Below are positions 19,470 through 33,109 of a stretch of 64,000 nt of DNA, one piece after another; positions within the stretch are counted from its first letter, which is position 1, and each line of letters opens with the position of its first letter. Made by a program: the position numbers and the translations under genes. The DNA comes from Candidatus Bathyarchaeota archaeon (GTDB taxonomy: Archaea; Thermoproteota; Bathyarchaeia; Bathyarchaeales; Bathycorpusculaceae), in the NCBI GenBank assembly GCA_963777155.1, contig CAVZPM010000035.1, forward strand, positions 11,376 to 75,375, given 5' to 3'. The notes beneath the pieces were generated by a model, which saw nothing but the letters and a program-made list of their open reading frames with translations, ran no database searches and was not told the origin of the DNA.

Positions 19470-20129
19470 TTAGAACGTTGTTTTTTCTGCTTGAGAAGCT
19501 GGGGATGATGGCATTCCTGGGGGCAGATCTGGGAACTTGTCTTTTATCTTTTGCTCTGCAACTGTTGCGGCTTCGGTGAGAATCTTTGATGCATCTTCGT
19601 TAACTGTGTCGAAGTTTAGTGTCATTCCGCTTCCTTGGCCTGCTTCAATCATGATTCCGCTTAGCATGTTGCCGATTTCGCCTAGTTCACTTTCTGCTTC
19701 TGGGAACACGCTTACTAAGCCTGCTTTGACTGAACGTAGAACACCTACGGCTGGTCCGAGAGTTGATACAACATCACCTAGTTCGGAAACTGTTCGTAAT
19801 CTTAATGTGATTTGCTCGAGAGCAAGTTTAGCGTTCATAATTAACTTTGACATTTTCCTGACTTCAGCTAGCTCGTTTGCGAAGACGTTTGCTCGTGCGC
19901 TGTCATGTTTTGTATAAGCGTCAACTATTCTTGCAAAAATTGCTTTGTCTCTTTGGCCGAATCTGTCGGTTGCTTGGTCAAGCTTCTGTACTTGAAGCTC
20001 GATGCGTCTGACTGCGAAATCTAATCGTGGTTTTAGTGGTCCTGGTGGTTTAACTGCGTCTTTAATGCGGTTTGCGAATGGCTCATCTTCCCGTTTACTT
20101 TCCCACTTTTTAGCGAATCTTTCTGACAA
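19470..20129 (-). CDS. cdvB: ESCRT-III (Snf7) paralog, CdvB1/B2-like
   Basis: ARANVFANELAEVRK...LALEQITLRLRTVSELGD; C-terminal FPDLP. Confidence 0.9.
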   Translation of the reverse strand: MSERFAKKWESKREDEPFANRIKDAVKPPGPLKPRLDFAVRRIELQVQKLDQATDRFGQRDKAIFARIVDAYTKHDSARANVFANELAEVRKMSKLIMNAKLALEQITLRLRTVSELGDVVSTLGPAVGVLRSVKAGLVSVFPEAESELGEIGNMLSGIMIEAGQGSGMTLNFDTVNEDASKILTEAATVAEQKIKDKFPDLPPGMPSSPASQAEKTTF

Positions 20130-20355
20130 TTTGATTACCTCTGCAAGCCTAACATGCAGAAATTAATCTTATACATTGTTAATATGGTGGAAATATGTAC
20201 GTATATATGTACAGATATACATGATGGGAAAAACGGCTTAGCCCTTTAACTAGAAGAGTTAAACATAGTGTTGGTGCTGATGTGTTTATACAGAAACGTG
20301 TAAGTTAGACTAAAAAGATGCGCTAACTAACTGCTAAAATAAAAAGGTGAATTGA

Positions 20356-20580
20356 ATGAACAGCAGATTAAAAGTATTCGGTTTAATAGCTCTTTTAGGC
20401 TTCGTAGCGGGTGTCATTGCACAGGTGACAGCAACATATCTTATTCCGTGGTTAGTCGTAGTTTTGCCATCGCTAGCCGGTTTAACAAGCTTCATGGTTG
20501 CAGGATTTGCAGGAGCAGTCCTGACCGTTGCAATCGTCGGCGCTTGGGCATACATGACCAGCAAAAAAGAGCCATACTAA
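20356..20580 (+). CDS. Small two-TM membrane protein
   Basis: GGTGA RBS; two hydrophobic helices rich in small residues; T-rich tail. Confidence 0.75.
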   Translation: MNSRLKVFGLIALLGFVAGVIAQVTATYLIPWLVVVLPSLAGLTSFMVAGFAGAVLTVAIVGAWAYMTSKKEPY

Positions 20581-21397
20581 AAAGAGCTATTCCCACCCTT
20601 TCTTTATCCTCAACACAATATAGCCTTTCCTAATTTTTTAATTTAAATCCATTCTAAATTTTGTTCTATTACCACTGGTTTTCACCAAATTAGTGTCGAT
20701 AAATAAAGCCGTACCAACTTTGAAAATCAAGATTTTTTGATATAGCCTTATTTGGGTGTCTGGACCTGATGTCTATAAGACTTCTTTTAGTCTTATTTTG
20801 AAAGAAGAAGAAATCGTTTGTGCAAGCACCTTCTTCTTCTTTTTAGTTAGAATGTTGGTCTTGAGTTCGATTGTGATCTTTCTGTATTGGTTCTAAAGGG
20901 ATCGAGAGCACTATACAGGGATCTAAAACAAGAAAGTCTTATTTGTGGACTCAATAGCGGAAAAAGTATTCACAAGCTTCCAGCATTATTTACCCGCCTT
21001 CAGCTTCATCGTACCTCGATTCTTCTTCATCGTCTCGATTTTCTCAAATTATTGGAAACTGCAAATTTCAATGTTTTGGTATTGGCGACCATAAAATTTT
21101 ATTGATTCGCGCTCATTAGAATTATATTTTCTAAAGGAAAAAGTAGTTTTAACCGGCAATTTTAAAGAATTGGAGATTTGACTGTTTTAAGCGTGGGCTT
21201 CAGAGTTAAAATGTATTATTTTCAGATGTCTACTAAAATTTCTGTAAAGGAATATTAACCAGAAATCTACGTTTTTTAGGGTGAATTTTTTGGCTTTAAT
21301 TTTGAATCCAAGTTTGTTATATAATGGTCTTCGGCTTCCTGTGTTCAATCGTGTATTTTATCTAAGTTAGTGAGACTTAATCTTTAAATTGGTCTAA

Positions 21398-23602
<2,205 letters not shown>

Positions 23603-23869
23603 TCCTTAGTCAAGAAATAGCTAAACCCGATCGCCTTTTTTCACTTTTCCTTATTACTCAGTAACTAGAATTGTTGACCTCAAAACAATTGTTTTTATTT
23701 TGGGTACTTTTGCCAAACATCACGAGACACATATCTTCAAGCATTTAGAAATCTCCAAGTTAGTCCAAGTTTGACTGATTGAAGATAGTAGATAAATACG
23801 CGATTATCCTAATCTGTGAAACAACAAGCTTCCGATTTGTCGAAGAAGCAGTTTGCCTTGGTGTCATAG

Positions 23870-25084
23870 ATGAAGTATGTACTCATTATCGGAGACGGAA
23901 TGTCTGATTACCCAATTCCAGAATTAGGTAATAAAACCCCGCTCCAATTCGCCTATAAACCCCATATGGATGCTATAGCCGCGCGAGGTAAAAGCGGTTT
24001 AATCAAAAACGTACCCGATCAAATGACGCCGGGATCTGAAGTTGCAATCTGCTCGATACTAGGGTATGATCCTAAAATCTACTGTACAGGCAGGGGGCCA
24101 TTAGAAGCTCCATCAAGAGGTATAAAACTAGGCGAAAATGACACAGCCTATAGATGCAATTTAATAACCGAGAAAGACGACACGATCGCTGATTATTCGG
24201 CTGGGCACATAACCACTGAAGAAGCAGCACAGCTTATCGCGGCTATGAAAGAAGCATTTGACAAAGCCAACCAAATCGAGTTTTATGCTGGATTAGACTA
24301 TCGGCACTTTTTGATTCTACGCAACTTTCCAAACCCAGAACAGATCCTGTGTACTCCACCCCATGATGCAATAGACATAAGAGTTGAGAAGGTTTTGCCT
24401 AAATCCAAGTCGCCAAAGGCGGAAAAACAAGCTCAACTCCTAAGAAGCTTAATTGAAGGATCCAGAAGAATTCTGCGTTGTCATCCTGTCAACATTTCAC
24501 GTGAAAAAGCTGGAAAGAACCCCGGCAATTTAATTTGGCTGTGGGGAGGAGGAAAAAAGCCAGCTATGCCAACCTTAAAAGAAAAGTTTGGGATAAATGG
24601 AGCTGTCATTTCCGCTGTTGACTTGGTAAAGGGAATTGGGAGCTATGCGGGTATGCAAATTATCAATGTTCCCGGTGCAACTGGGTTGGCAAATACCAAT
24701 TATGAAGGCAAAGCAGACGCCGCCATAAAGGCTCTTGAAAGCAACGATTTCGTATGTGTCCATGTTGAGGCACCCGATGAAGCAGGTCACTGTAAAGATT
24801 ACAAGTTGAAGGTGAAAACCATCGAGGATCTCGACAAAAGACTACTCGGCAGACTCATAAAAGGTCTGAAAGAACCCTATGCAATAGCTATCTTACCTGA
24901 CCATCCAACACCGATAAGCATAGGTACGCATTCACGGGACTTGGTGCCCTTTGCCATTGCTTCACCGAAAATAAAACCTGACGGTGTCAAAGCGTTTGAT
25001 GAATCTTCCGCAAGCAGAGGCGCCTTTGGTTGTGTCGAGAAGGAATACTTGATTTCGCTTCTGTTTGCTTCAGGCAACCCCTAA
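23870..25084 (+). CDS. apgM: Cofactor-independent phosphoglycerate mutase, archaeal type
   Basis: IIGDGMSD, PGSEVA, HVEAPDEAGH, PDHPTP. Confidence 0.9.
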   Translation: MKYVLIIGDGMSDYPIPELGNKTPLQFAYKPHMDAIAARGKSGLIKNVPDQMTPGSEVAICSILGYDPKIYCTGRGPLEAPSRGIKLGENDTAYRCNLITEKDDTIADYSAGHITTEEAAQLIAAMKEAFDKANQIEFYAGLDYRHFLILRNFPNPEQILCTPPHDAIDIRVEKVLPKSKSPKAEKQAQLLRSLIEGSRRILRCHPVNISREKAGKNPGNLIWLWGGGKKPAMPTLKEKFGINGAVISAVDLVKGIGSYAGMQIINVPGATGLANTNYEGKADAAIKALESNDFVCVHVEAPDEAGHCKDYKLKVKTIEDLDKRLLGRLIKGLKEPYAIAILPDHPTPISIGTHSRDLVPFAIASPKIKPDGVKAFDESSASRGAFGCVEKEYLISLLFASGNP

Positions 25085-25776
25085 GTTGGCGTGGGTTCCT
25101 GTTCTGCGTCGAATGTCTTTTATGCGCCAGGCATCGACTAAAAGTTTTTTTGGCTAAGGTGAGGTCTCTTTCTCCCATGAGTTTCACGAATTTGTTGCTG
25201 CGTTTGTTGAGATGTGTAAGTAGCGCGGTAGGACACAGACAAAGTTTAGTGGGTAACGTTTGCTTTTATCCAAATTGATTACAATAGTTGTATATGGTTG
25301 ATTTGTTGGTATGGGTTTCTTATTGCGCCTATTTTTAGGTTCATTTCTCAATCCCTAACCAAACAAAAGACAAAACCCAAAAAGACAATCGCCCAGTGAC
25401 CTTGCACAGAAAACACTCGCCGCTACAACCGAAAGAAGGCCTAAACAGGAACAATAGGCTGACTTGTTGACTTTTTATTCCCAAAATAGGTCCGTCAACA
25501 ACTACCAACATCGAAAAAAGCTGGTTACTTCAACAACAACCAAACAAACCCCAAACCACAATGCAAACCAGAAATAAACCTTAGAAACCGACCAGAAAAA
25601 GTGCTTGTGCACACAGGACAAAACAACAACAACCAAAAAGAAACAGAAAAATAAATGCCATAAAAAATTTTTGTGTGGGATTCATGAATTAGATAACTAT
25701 AAAAAAAAGGCAAATTCGTCTTGTTCGAGCTAAAGGGTTAAAGCAAACATTCCGTGGTAAATTATAAGAAAAGAAA

Positions 25777-28668
25777 ATGCAAGTTGAAGGCTCAAGCTCT
25801 GTTTTCGAATTACTCGCAAAACCAGTCCGTAAAGTCTTAGCAACGCTTGGGTTTTCTAAACCTACCCTGCCACAGACTTTGGCTTTTCCACCCATCTTGG
25901 AAGGCAAAAATGTACTTTTGATTGCCCCTACAGGAACTGGAAAAACTGAAGCTGTTCTGCTACCGATTTTCTCGAAGCTTATTGAGCAGAAAAACCGAGA
26001 GCAAAAGGGTATCCAAGTAATTTACATAACGCCTCTTAGGGCTTTAAATCGTGATATGTTTAAACGCTTAGCTTTTTGGAGCCAACAATTAGATGTAACT
26101 ATTGAGGTCCGCCATGGCGATACAGAAATGAAGATTCGCCGCAAACAAGCCCTAAAACCGCCCCAAATTCTCGTTACTACACCCGAAACATTGCAGGCGA
26201 TTTTGCCAGGTTTACTAATGCGTCGCCACCTCGGCAATGTGGAATACGTCATAATCGATGAAGTACATGACTTAGCGGAAAGCAAACGCGGCGCCCAATT
26301 AACCGTAGCGCTTGAACGGCTCGTTGAGGCAACTGGAAAAGAGTTCCAGCGAATCGGTTTATCCGCAACCGTTGGCAACCCCCAAGAAGTTGCACATTTC
26401 GTCGCGGGAACAAACCGGAAAATCAAAATTGTTCAAGCAGTTCTGGCCAAAAACTATCGTTACCGAGTGGAATACTTGACGCCAACCGAGAAAGACTATG
26501 AGTTAGCAGCGAAACTGGAAACTGCACCTGAAGCAGCCGCGCGAATACGCCGTCTGATCGAACTAATCGACAGCCACAAATCAACGCTTGTTTTCGTGAA
26601 CAGCCGCACCATCGCCGAGCTGCTTGGACACCGTTTCGACCAGCTTAACCGCCAAGACATCGCCGTCCACCATGGTTCACTCTCACGTGAAGAGCGAGTT
26701 GCAACAGAAGATGCCTTCAAAGCAGGGCAGCTAAAAGCAATCATCTGCACAAGCACTCTTGAACTAGGCATAGACATCGGCAACGTAGACTTAGTCATCC
26801 AGTACATGTCGCCTCGGCAAGTCAGCAGCCTTATCCAGCGTGTTGGCAGAAGCGGTCACAGCCAAGAACGACTCTCCGAAGGCATAATCGTAACAGCTTA
26901 TCCAGACGACACTTTAGAGTCGATGGCGGCAGTCGCAAACGCCGAAGCCAACAAGATAGAACCAGTCCTATTCCACAAGAACGCCCTGGATGTTTTGGCG
27001 CATCAAATCGCAGGTGTCCTCATGGACAAAGAAACCATCACCCAGAGTGAACTTTTGATACTTCTTCAGAGGGCTTATCCCTATAGTACCCTAACTGAGG
27101 AAAAACTCCAAGATGTTGTAGGCTTTCTTGAGAGCATCCACAAACTAAGAACCGAACAGGATGGAAAAACTTTGAAGAAAACCGGACGAACACGAGAATA
27201 CTACTATAGCAACCTGTCCATGATTCCCGACGAGAAACGCTTTCCAGTAATCAACATAATCAGTGACAGAAAAATCGGCACTTTAGGCGACGAATTCATG
27301 ACCCTGCACGCTCGTGTAGGTTTGCATTTTGTTATGCGTGGAAAAGTCTGGCGTATAGTCCAAATCGAAGATGAAACAGGAACTGTGCATGTTTTGCCTG
27401 CGGAAGACCCTTATGCGGCAATTCCAGGTTGGGATGGAGAAATTCTGCCTGTACCCTTCGACTTAGCACAGCAAACGGGTGTGATGCGAGAAAAGGTCGG
27501 CAACTTGCTTAAAGAGGGCAAGAAGCCTGAGGCAGCAGCAGAAGAGTTAGCCATAGAAATGAATACAGATAAAGAAACGCTCCTTGATACTATTTTGGAG
27601 ATTGATGAGCACCTAAAAGATGGAAATCCTCTCCCTACTCAGAACCGAATAGTCATCGAAATCCTCGACCGCTACATCGTTGTTCACGCATGTTTTGGAG
27701 AATTGGTTAATCGCACGTTTGGCGGGATTTTTGATTCGGTTCTCTCGGAACGCGAAGCGATTACGGGCTGGTGGACTGACGGCTACAGAATCCTTATCGA
27801 GACCGCCCACAAACCAAACAAACAAGAAGTTGAAGCTTTGCCCAAGGAACTCTTCAGATTGTCGGATGAATGCGTAGACGAGGCTTTTCTTAACTATGTG
27901 AATTCCAAGTTCCCATTTGTATCCAGAATGAAAGCAATCGCAGAACGGTTTGGTGCCCTACCACGGGGAAAAACCTTAGCTCACTCTGATCGGGCAGAAA
28001 AACTGAAAGCTGCTTTTGAAGGTACACCCATATACGATGAGACGCTGCGAGAAGCCATGATGGATAAAGTGGACCTGCCACAAGTCAAACAGATATTACA
28101 TGACATAAGCGAAGGAAAAATCACCGTTGTCACCGTGACCCGAGAAAAACCCTCACCGCTGGCGTACCACATTTTAGCTCAGTACGCCGACACCGCCGAA
28201 CTCATGGCTCCTGAACGCCTACTACTAACAAACATCGACCGAATGAAACACTCTATCGACGCTAGAACCGCCAAACTGCTCTGTATGAATTGCGGCGCAT
28301 GGACAAAACAAATTCGCATAAAAGACCTACCCGAGGAGCCTGAATGTGAAAATTGCCACTCACATCTCCTAGCGCTGCTGTATTTCAGCCAAGACGTAGA
28401 TAAGTTAGTGAAGGATTTGAAGAAGCGCCGAGAAGGAAAAGAACTCACTCCTGAAGAACTAAAAGAGCTCAGCAATGCCAGACGGAAAGCCGACCTCATT
28501 TTGAGCTATGGGAAACAGGCGGTTCGCGCGTTGCAAGTAAAAGGGGTTGGTCCTGAGACAGCTTCAAGGATTTTAGGTAAGATGCATCCAGACGAAGACA
28601 CGTTCTACATGGACTTACTCAAAGCTAAGGTTCAGTATTTGAGGACAAGAGAATTCTGGGATAAATAG
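25777..28668 (+). CDS. lhr: Lhr-like SF2 DEAH helicase with C-terminal Zn finger
   Basis: APTGTGKT, ITPLRALNRD, IDEVH, LSAT, HHGSLS, LELGIDIG, QRVGRSGH; CMNC...CENC. Confidence 0.9.
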   Translation: MQVEGSSSVFELLAKPVRKVLATLGFSKPTLPQTLAFPPILEGKNVLLIAPTGTGKTEAVLLPIFSKLIEQKNREQKGIQVIYITPLRALNRDMFKRLAFWSQQLDVTIEVRHGDTEMKIRRKQALKPPQILVTTPETLQAILPGLLMRRHLGNVEYVIIDEVHDLAESKRGAQLTVALERLVEATGKEFQRIGLSATVGNPQEVAHFVAGTNRKIKIVQAVLAKNYRYRVEYLTPTEKDYELAAKLETAPEAAARIRRLIELIDSHKSTLVFVNSRTIAELLGHRFDQLNRQDIAVHHGSLSREERVATEDAFKAGQLKAIICTSTLELGIDIGNVDLVIQYMSPRQVSSLIQRVGRSGHSQERLSEGIIVTAYPDDTLESMAAVANAEANKIEPVLFHKNALDVLAHQIAGVLMDKETITQSELLILLQRAYPYSTLTEEKLQDVVGFLESIHKLRTEQDGKTLKKTGRTREYYYSNLSMIPDEKRFPVINIISDRKIGTLGDEFMTLHARVGLHFVMRGKVWRIVQIEDETGTVHVLPAEDPYAAIPGWDGEILPVPFDLAQQTGVMREKVGNLLKEGKKPEAAAEELAIEMNTDKETLLDTILEIDEHLKDGNPLPTQNRIVIEILDRYIVVHACFGELVNRTFGGIFDSVLSEREAITGWWTDGYRILIETAHKPNKQEVEALPKELFRLSDECVDEAFLNYVNSKFPFVSRMKAIAERFGALPRGKTLAHSDRAEKLKAAFEGTPIYDETLREAMMDKVDLPQVKQILHDISEGKITVVTVTREKPSPLAYHILAQYADTAELMAPERLLLTNIDRMKHSIDARTAKLLCMNCGAWTKQIRIKDLPEEPECENCHSHLLALLYFSQDVDKLVKDLKKRREGKELTPEELKELSNARRKADLILSYGKQAVRALQVKGVGPETASRILGKMHPDEDTFYMDLLKAKVQYLRTREFWDK

Positions 28669-28720
28669 CGTGTGGCGCTTGCAAGGTTTTAATAGGAAAT
28701 GCGATTGAGTTTGCTTAGCT

Positions 28721-30011
28721 GTGATTCAAGTGGAAAAGGAGCAGAGAAAACTTAAGCGTTCAATCGGTTTGTGGAGCGCTGTCGCCATCAATGTAGGCGC
28801 CATCATAGGCGGGGGAATCTTCGTTGTCACTGGCATCGTGGCGGGATACGCGGGTTCAGCACTCTTAGTCTCCATGGTAATTGCTGGCGTCATCGCTTTC
28901 ATCACCGCTTGGAGCTTTGCAAAGTTGACGGCTTGGCAACCCGTAGAAGGCGGCGTCTACGAATATGGACGTCAACTCGTTTCGCCTTACGCTGGGTTCG
29001 TAGCAGGTTGGATGTGGCTGGTAATGAACACTTTTGGGGGGGCAGCAGTCTCATTGGGCTTCGCTTATTATTTAACCGCTATAATCCCCAGTCTACCAAG
29101 CAATATATCGATATTTTCTACAGCCTCCATAATCGCAGCCGTTCTCTGTTTCGGCTTTACAGCACTAAATTTAATCGGAGCAAAAGAATCAGCAAGCGTT
29201 AACAATGTCTTAGTCGTCGTCAAACTGGCCATTCTATCGTTCTTTGTTGTCTTTGGCATTCTAAACTTCAATACCACCAACTTTGTCCCGTTTATTCCAC
29301 TTTCCAGCGGCGTCCTGTATGGCACATTTTTCATCTTTTTCGCCTACGGCGGCTTCGCAAGAGTATCCGTGGTAGCCGAGGAAATTAAGGATGCAAATCG
29401 GAACGTACCGCGTGCGCTTTTGTTGTCGCTTGGGATTTCGGTTGTGGTTTACGTGTTAGTAGGGTTAATTGCAGTAGGTTTGGCAGGTCCCATAGCGCTG
29501 GCGAATTCCAGTTCACCCCTAAGTACCGCTATGGGGGTTACGGGAAACACTTTAGCTGTCCAAGTAATTTCCTTAGGCGGCTTAGTGGCAACAGCTAGCG
29601 TTTTGTTAACAGCGATTTTGGGGGTTTCCCGAATGACCTACTCCATGGCACGTAGGGCGGACTTGCCTTCAGGTTTGGCGCAGGTTGCATGGCAGGTTTC
29701 TGACGCCATATAGAGCAATTATCTTAACGGGTGTTTTGATGGCGGCTCTGGTTTTGCTCGTGGATTTAACGCAGGTAGTGGCGATTAGCACTTTTGCGCT
29801 TGTCTTCAACTATTCAGTTACCAACATTGCCGCTTATAGACTAAAAAACGAGCCGTGGGCTGAAGAGAATCATTCCTCTGATGGGATTAGCAACGTGCAT
29901 TTTGCTCTTAGGGTTTGTTTTGTTTGCTTCACCCCAAGCTTGGCTGATAGGTATTATTTTCTTGATTGCTGGAACCATTTACTATGTACTACAAAAAAAG
30001 TTTCAAAGTAA
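28721..30011 (+). CDS. APC-family amino acid permease (frameshifts near the 3' end)
   Basis: GAIIGGGIF, GGVYEY, FFAYGGF, EEIKD; continues in ORF 29685-30011. Confidence 0.85.
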
Positions 30012-30080
30012 CGCTAAAAAATAGGTTTAGTTTGCGATAAGAATTTTAAGGCTAAAATAACGTAGAGGTTAGGAAACACC

Positions 30081-30800
30081 ATGCCAATTAAAGCTGTCTT
30101 ATTTGACATGTTCGATACCCTCATGCTCATAGAGAAAAACCATGAGTTCTATAGTCCATCCTTGATGAGGATGTACAATTACCTAAAAAGAAACGGCATA
30201 AATGTATCCTTTGAAAAGTTCGATACGGCATACATTGAGGTACGTGACCGACTTTATGCTAAAGCAGATTTGAATTTTGAGGAACCACACTTTAACGTTC
30301 GTGTTTCAGAGACGCTGAAAAGTCTAGGCTACAGTTATGATGTTTCAAGTCCACTAGTAACTATAGCTACAGATGAGTTTTGTGCGGAATTCATGAAGTA
30401 TGTCCGCATTGACCCGAACACCAAATCAATGCTTGAGGAGTTGCATGGAAAATATAAACTTGGGATAGTTTCTAATTTCGCCATCCCTGAATGCGTGTTC
30501 AAACTGTTAAACGGTGACCATTTAGAGGAATGGTTTGATGTGATCGTGGTTTCTGGAGCAGTTAACAAACGCAAACCGAGCGCAGAGATTTTCCAAAACG
30601 CGTTGAAGGCTTTGAGTGTCTCTGCAGCTGAAACAGCTTTTGTTGGTGACACTATTGATGCTGATGTTGAAGGCTCTAAAGCTGCCGGAATGAAAGCTAT
30701 ATACATCGAGCGCCGAGAACAAAGAGCCTCCGAGAAGTATTGCCCTGACCAAACCATAAAGACTCTGAAAGAGTTGCCTTTGGCGCTTGAACGCTGTTAG
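30081..30800 (+). CDS. HAD-superfamily hydrolase
   Basis: FDMFDTL, VSN, KP, VGD...DV motifs. Confidence 0.9.
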   Translation: MPIKAVLFDMFDTLMLIEKNHEFYSPSLMRMYNYLKRNGINVSFEKFDTAYIEVRDRLYAKADLNFEEPHFNVRVSETLKSLGYSYDVSSPLVTIATDEFCAEFMKYVRIDPNTKSMLEELHGKYKLGIVSNFAIPECVFKLLNGDHLEEWFDVIVVSGAVNKRKPSAEIFQNALKALSVSAAETAFVGDTIDADVEGSKAAGMKAIYIERREQRASEKYCPDQTIKTLKELPLALERC

Positions 30801-31118
30801 GTTTTCTTTACAATGTTCTGTGAAGACAGAGCTGCTTTTTTGTTGCTTCCCGTTAGTTTCTAGCATTCGGATTAATTCTCTGTACTTTTGAAGAAAATTC
30901 AAGCCTTGTGTCGTAACTACGTATCCTTCTCTGCCATCAAAGACAGTTGGAGTAATCAGATTTTTTTCGAGCAATAAAGCCGTGTAATTGTTCAGTTGGG
31001 TGAAGCTTAAGTTGGCTTTGTACATTATTTGGGTTTTTAAGGCAACTTCTCGAGTTATTTCCGTGATATCAGCCATTATGTAGAGTTTGTCTCTGCGTTT
31101 GTGTTTAGGGTGCGTTAT
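30797..31118 (-). CDS. Archaeal winged-helix regulator (HTH_45-like); both ends uncertain
   Basis: KRRDKLYIMADI...KTQIMYKANLSF..L..Y...L...Y.VT.QG; the long antisense overlap in the ORF track probably reflects an indel. Confidence 0.7.
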
Positions 31119-31294
31119 TGCGGTTCACTTCGGCATATTCTTTTATTCAGGGTTTTCTTTTTAAGGTTTTAAATCTAAGTATGGTCGTTTTGCAAGAAAT
31201 GGCATTTTGGAGTCGCAATTTATCAAATACTTACCTTATTGGGAACAAAAAACCTTTATTTCTCAAGACGAGAAAAAGCCAGGTGTGAACAAAC

Positions 31295-31793
31295 ATGTTG
31301 ATTGGCGCAATTTCTGATACACATGACAATTTGCCCAAAATAGAAAAAGCAGTACAAAACCTCAACGAGCAGAAAGTTGGCTTAGTGCTTCATGCAGGTG
31401 ACTATGTTGCAGGCTTTGTTATCCCTCGACTAGGCAAAACTAAACTGCCCTCTCATCGGTGTATTCGGGAACAATGACGGCGACCACGAATTACTGAAAA
31501 AACGATTTGACGATACCTCCAACTGCACGATCCACGACCGATTCGCTCAGGTTACTGTGGAGGGTTATCGAATTGCTCTTCTGCATGGACATGAGGCGGA
31601 ACTTCTCTCGGCTATAATTGATAGCGGATACTTTGACGCCGTAATTCATGGTCACTCGCACAATATGGGTATTGAGCGCAGGGGCAAGAGTTTAGCCATA
31701 AACCCTGGTGAACTCTGTGGTTATTTGACTGGAAAATCCACTGTTGCCTTGTTGGATACAGTGAAGAATCAGGTTGAAATTGTTCAGGTTTAA
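31295..31793 (+). CDS. Metallophosphoesterase (MJ0936/YfcE type), frameshift near 31435
   Basis: SDTHDN, HAGD, GNND, HG, GHSH, NPG motifs spread over two frames. Confidence 0.88.
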
Positions 31794-31895
31794 AGTTCGG
31801 TTGGGTTTTGGTTAGAAGTTTGCAGGATTTGAAGAAAATTGTGATTTGGGAGAGATTTCGGCAAAACTTTTAAGCTATAACATCGTTATGTTATT

Positions 31896-32123
31896 TTGAG
31901 CGTGACTAATATGCCAAAACCAAAACAAAAAAGGCAGAAAGTACTCAACAAAATAGACCTAAAAGTAATAGACGTATTGCAAAAAGAAACAGAGACTCAA
32001 AACCTGCAAGAAATAGCTAACAAAACGGGTGAAGCACCCGAAAAAATCGCAAAATCCCTCTGGAAACTCTTTATCAATAACGAGAAATTCATAAATGAAA
32101 TGTTACTGCAAATCTACCTATAG
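31896..32123 (+). CDS. Small HTH-like hypothetical protein
   Basis: DLKVIDVL...LQEIANKTGEAPEKIAKSLWKL. Confidence 0.55.
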   Translation: MSVTNMPKPKQKRQKVLNKIDLKVIDVLQKETETQNLQEIANKTGEAPEKIAKSLWKLFINNEKFINEMLLQIYL

Positions 32124-32258
32124 AAAAAATTTCACGTGCCATTTATACTAAAAGGCCGTTTCTTAGCCTTTCGGAATGGTATTTTCTTTACCCCATCAAA
32201 ACAAGACGAGTAGTTTTATCAATGTATCTTCAAAACCCCTGATTTTTCATAGCTATTT

Positions 32259-33098
32259 TTGCATTCTTCGATGCGATCAGGTATAAATCAAGTAACCACT
32301 TCTACCTGGTTTCTTAACAAGAGGCAAAATAGCGTGTTTGACCAAAGAACAAGCAATGAATCATCAACGTTCATGACTGCCGCCGTTAAACTCAAGGACG
32401 CAATGACTTTTGAAAGCGCCGGTAAATACGAGAGCGCTCTAACGTCTCTTGACCAAGCGATAGGAATCCAGAACGATTACGTTGACGCATGGCTCATAAA
32501 AGGCGTAATACTAAGCAAACTGGGCAAGTGTTGTGAAGCCCTCCAGTGTTATGACAAAATAATAGAGTTGGACCCAAACTTCCCCGACGCTTGGCGACTA
32601 AAAGCAGCGGTATACACTTCCCAGAATCTACATCAAAGAGCAGTTGAATGCTTAGAAAAGACGGTTGAATTAAACCCAAACAGTCTGGAGTTCCGCCTAA
32701 GCTTAGCCACTGCCTTTCAGAGACTCAAGCGGTTTGAAGACGCCCTCAAATGCTATGCCCAGGCAAAAATGCAGATGCCAAACGACCCACGGATAGACTA
32801 CTACATCGGAGTCATGTGGGGAAACATGGCAGACTACGAGAAAGCTTTGGTCTCGTTTGAGATAGCACTCAGGATTAAACCTGACTTTACCGATGCTATG
32901 CTGGGTAAAGGAATCATGCTGGCAAAACTCGGAAGAACCGAAGAAGCCAAAGCCTGCGCCAATAAGCTGCTCCAAATCAAAAACAACACAAAGGAAAAGG
33001 AAGAAACTATTCAAACCAAATCAGTGAACGAATCCATACGAGAAGAATACAACGCTGCCCAAAAAAAATTCAAAACCCAGTATTCTTCGACAAAATAA
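32259..33098 (+). CDS. Tetratricopeptide repeat protein
   Basis: Repeated AW..KG..L..LG...EAL..Y...I...P pattern. Confidence 0.9.
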   Translation: MHSSMRSGINQVTTSTWFLNKRQNSVFDQRTSNESSTFMTAAVKLKDAMTFESAGKYESALTSLDQAIGIQNDYVDAWLIKGVILSKLGKCCEALQCYDKIIELDPNFPDAWRLKAAVYTSQNLHQRAVECLEKTVELNPNSLEFRLSLATAFQRLKRFEDALKCYAQAKMQMPNDPRIDYYIGVMWGNMADYEKALVSFEIALRIKPDFTDAMLGKGIMLAKLGRTEEAKACANKLLQIKNNTKEKEETIQTKSVNESIREEYNAAQKKFKTQYSSTK

Positions 33099-33109
33099 AA
33101 TCCTATTTG

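Noticed and set aside
25085-25776. Small ORFs or ncRNA between apgM and lhr
   Set aside because: Low-complexity, skewed sequence with no RBS-supported ORF or convincing fold; noted only under the skew finding
30522-30800. Long antisense overlap between the HTH ORF and the HAD gene
   Set aside because: The extension is not protein-like beyond the HTH domain; probably a missed stop from an indel in an A-run
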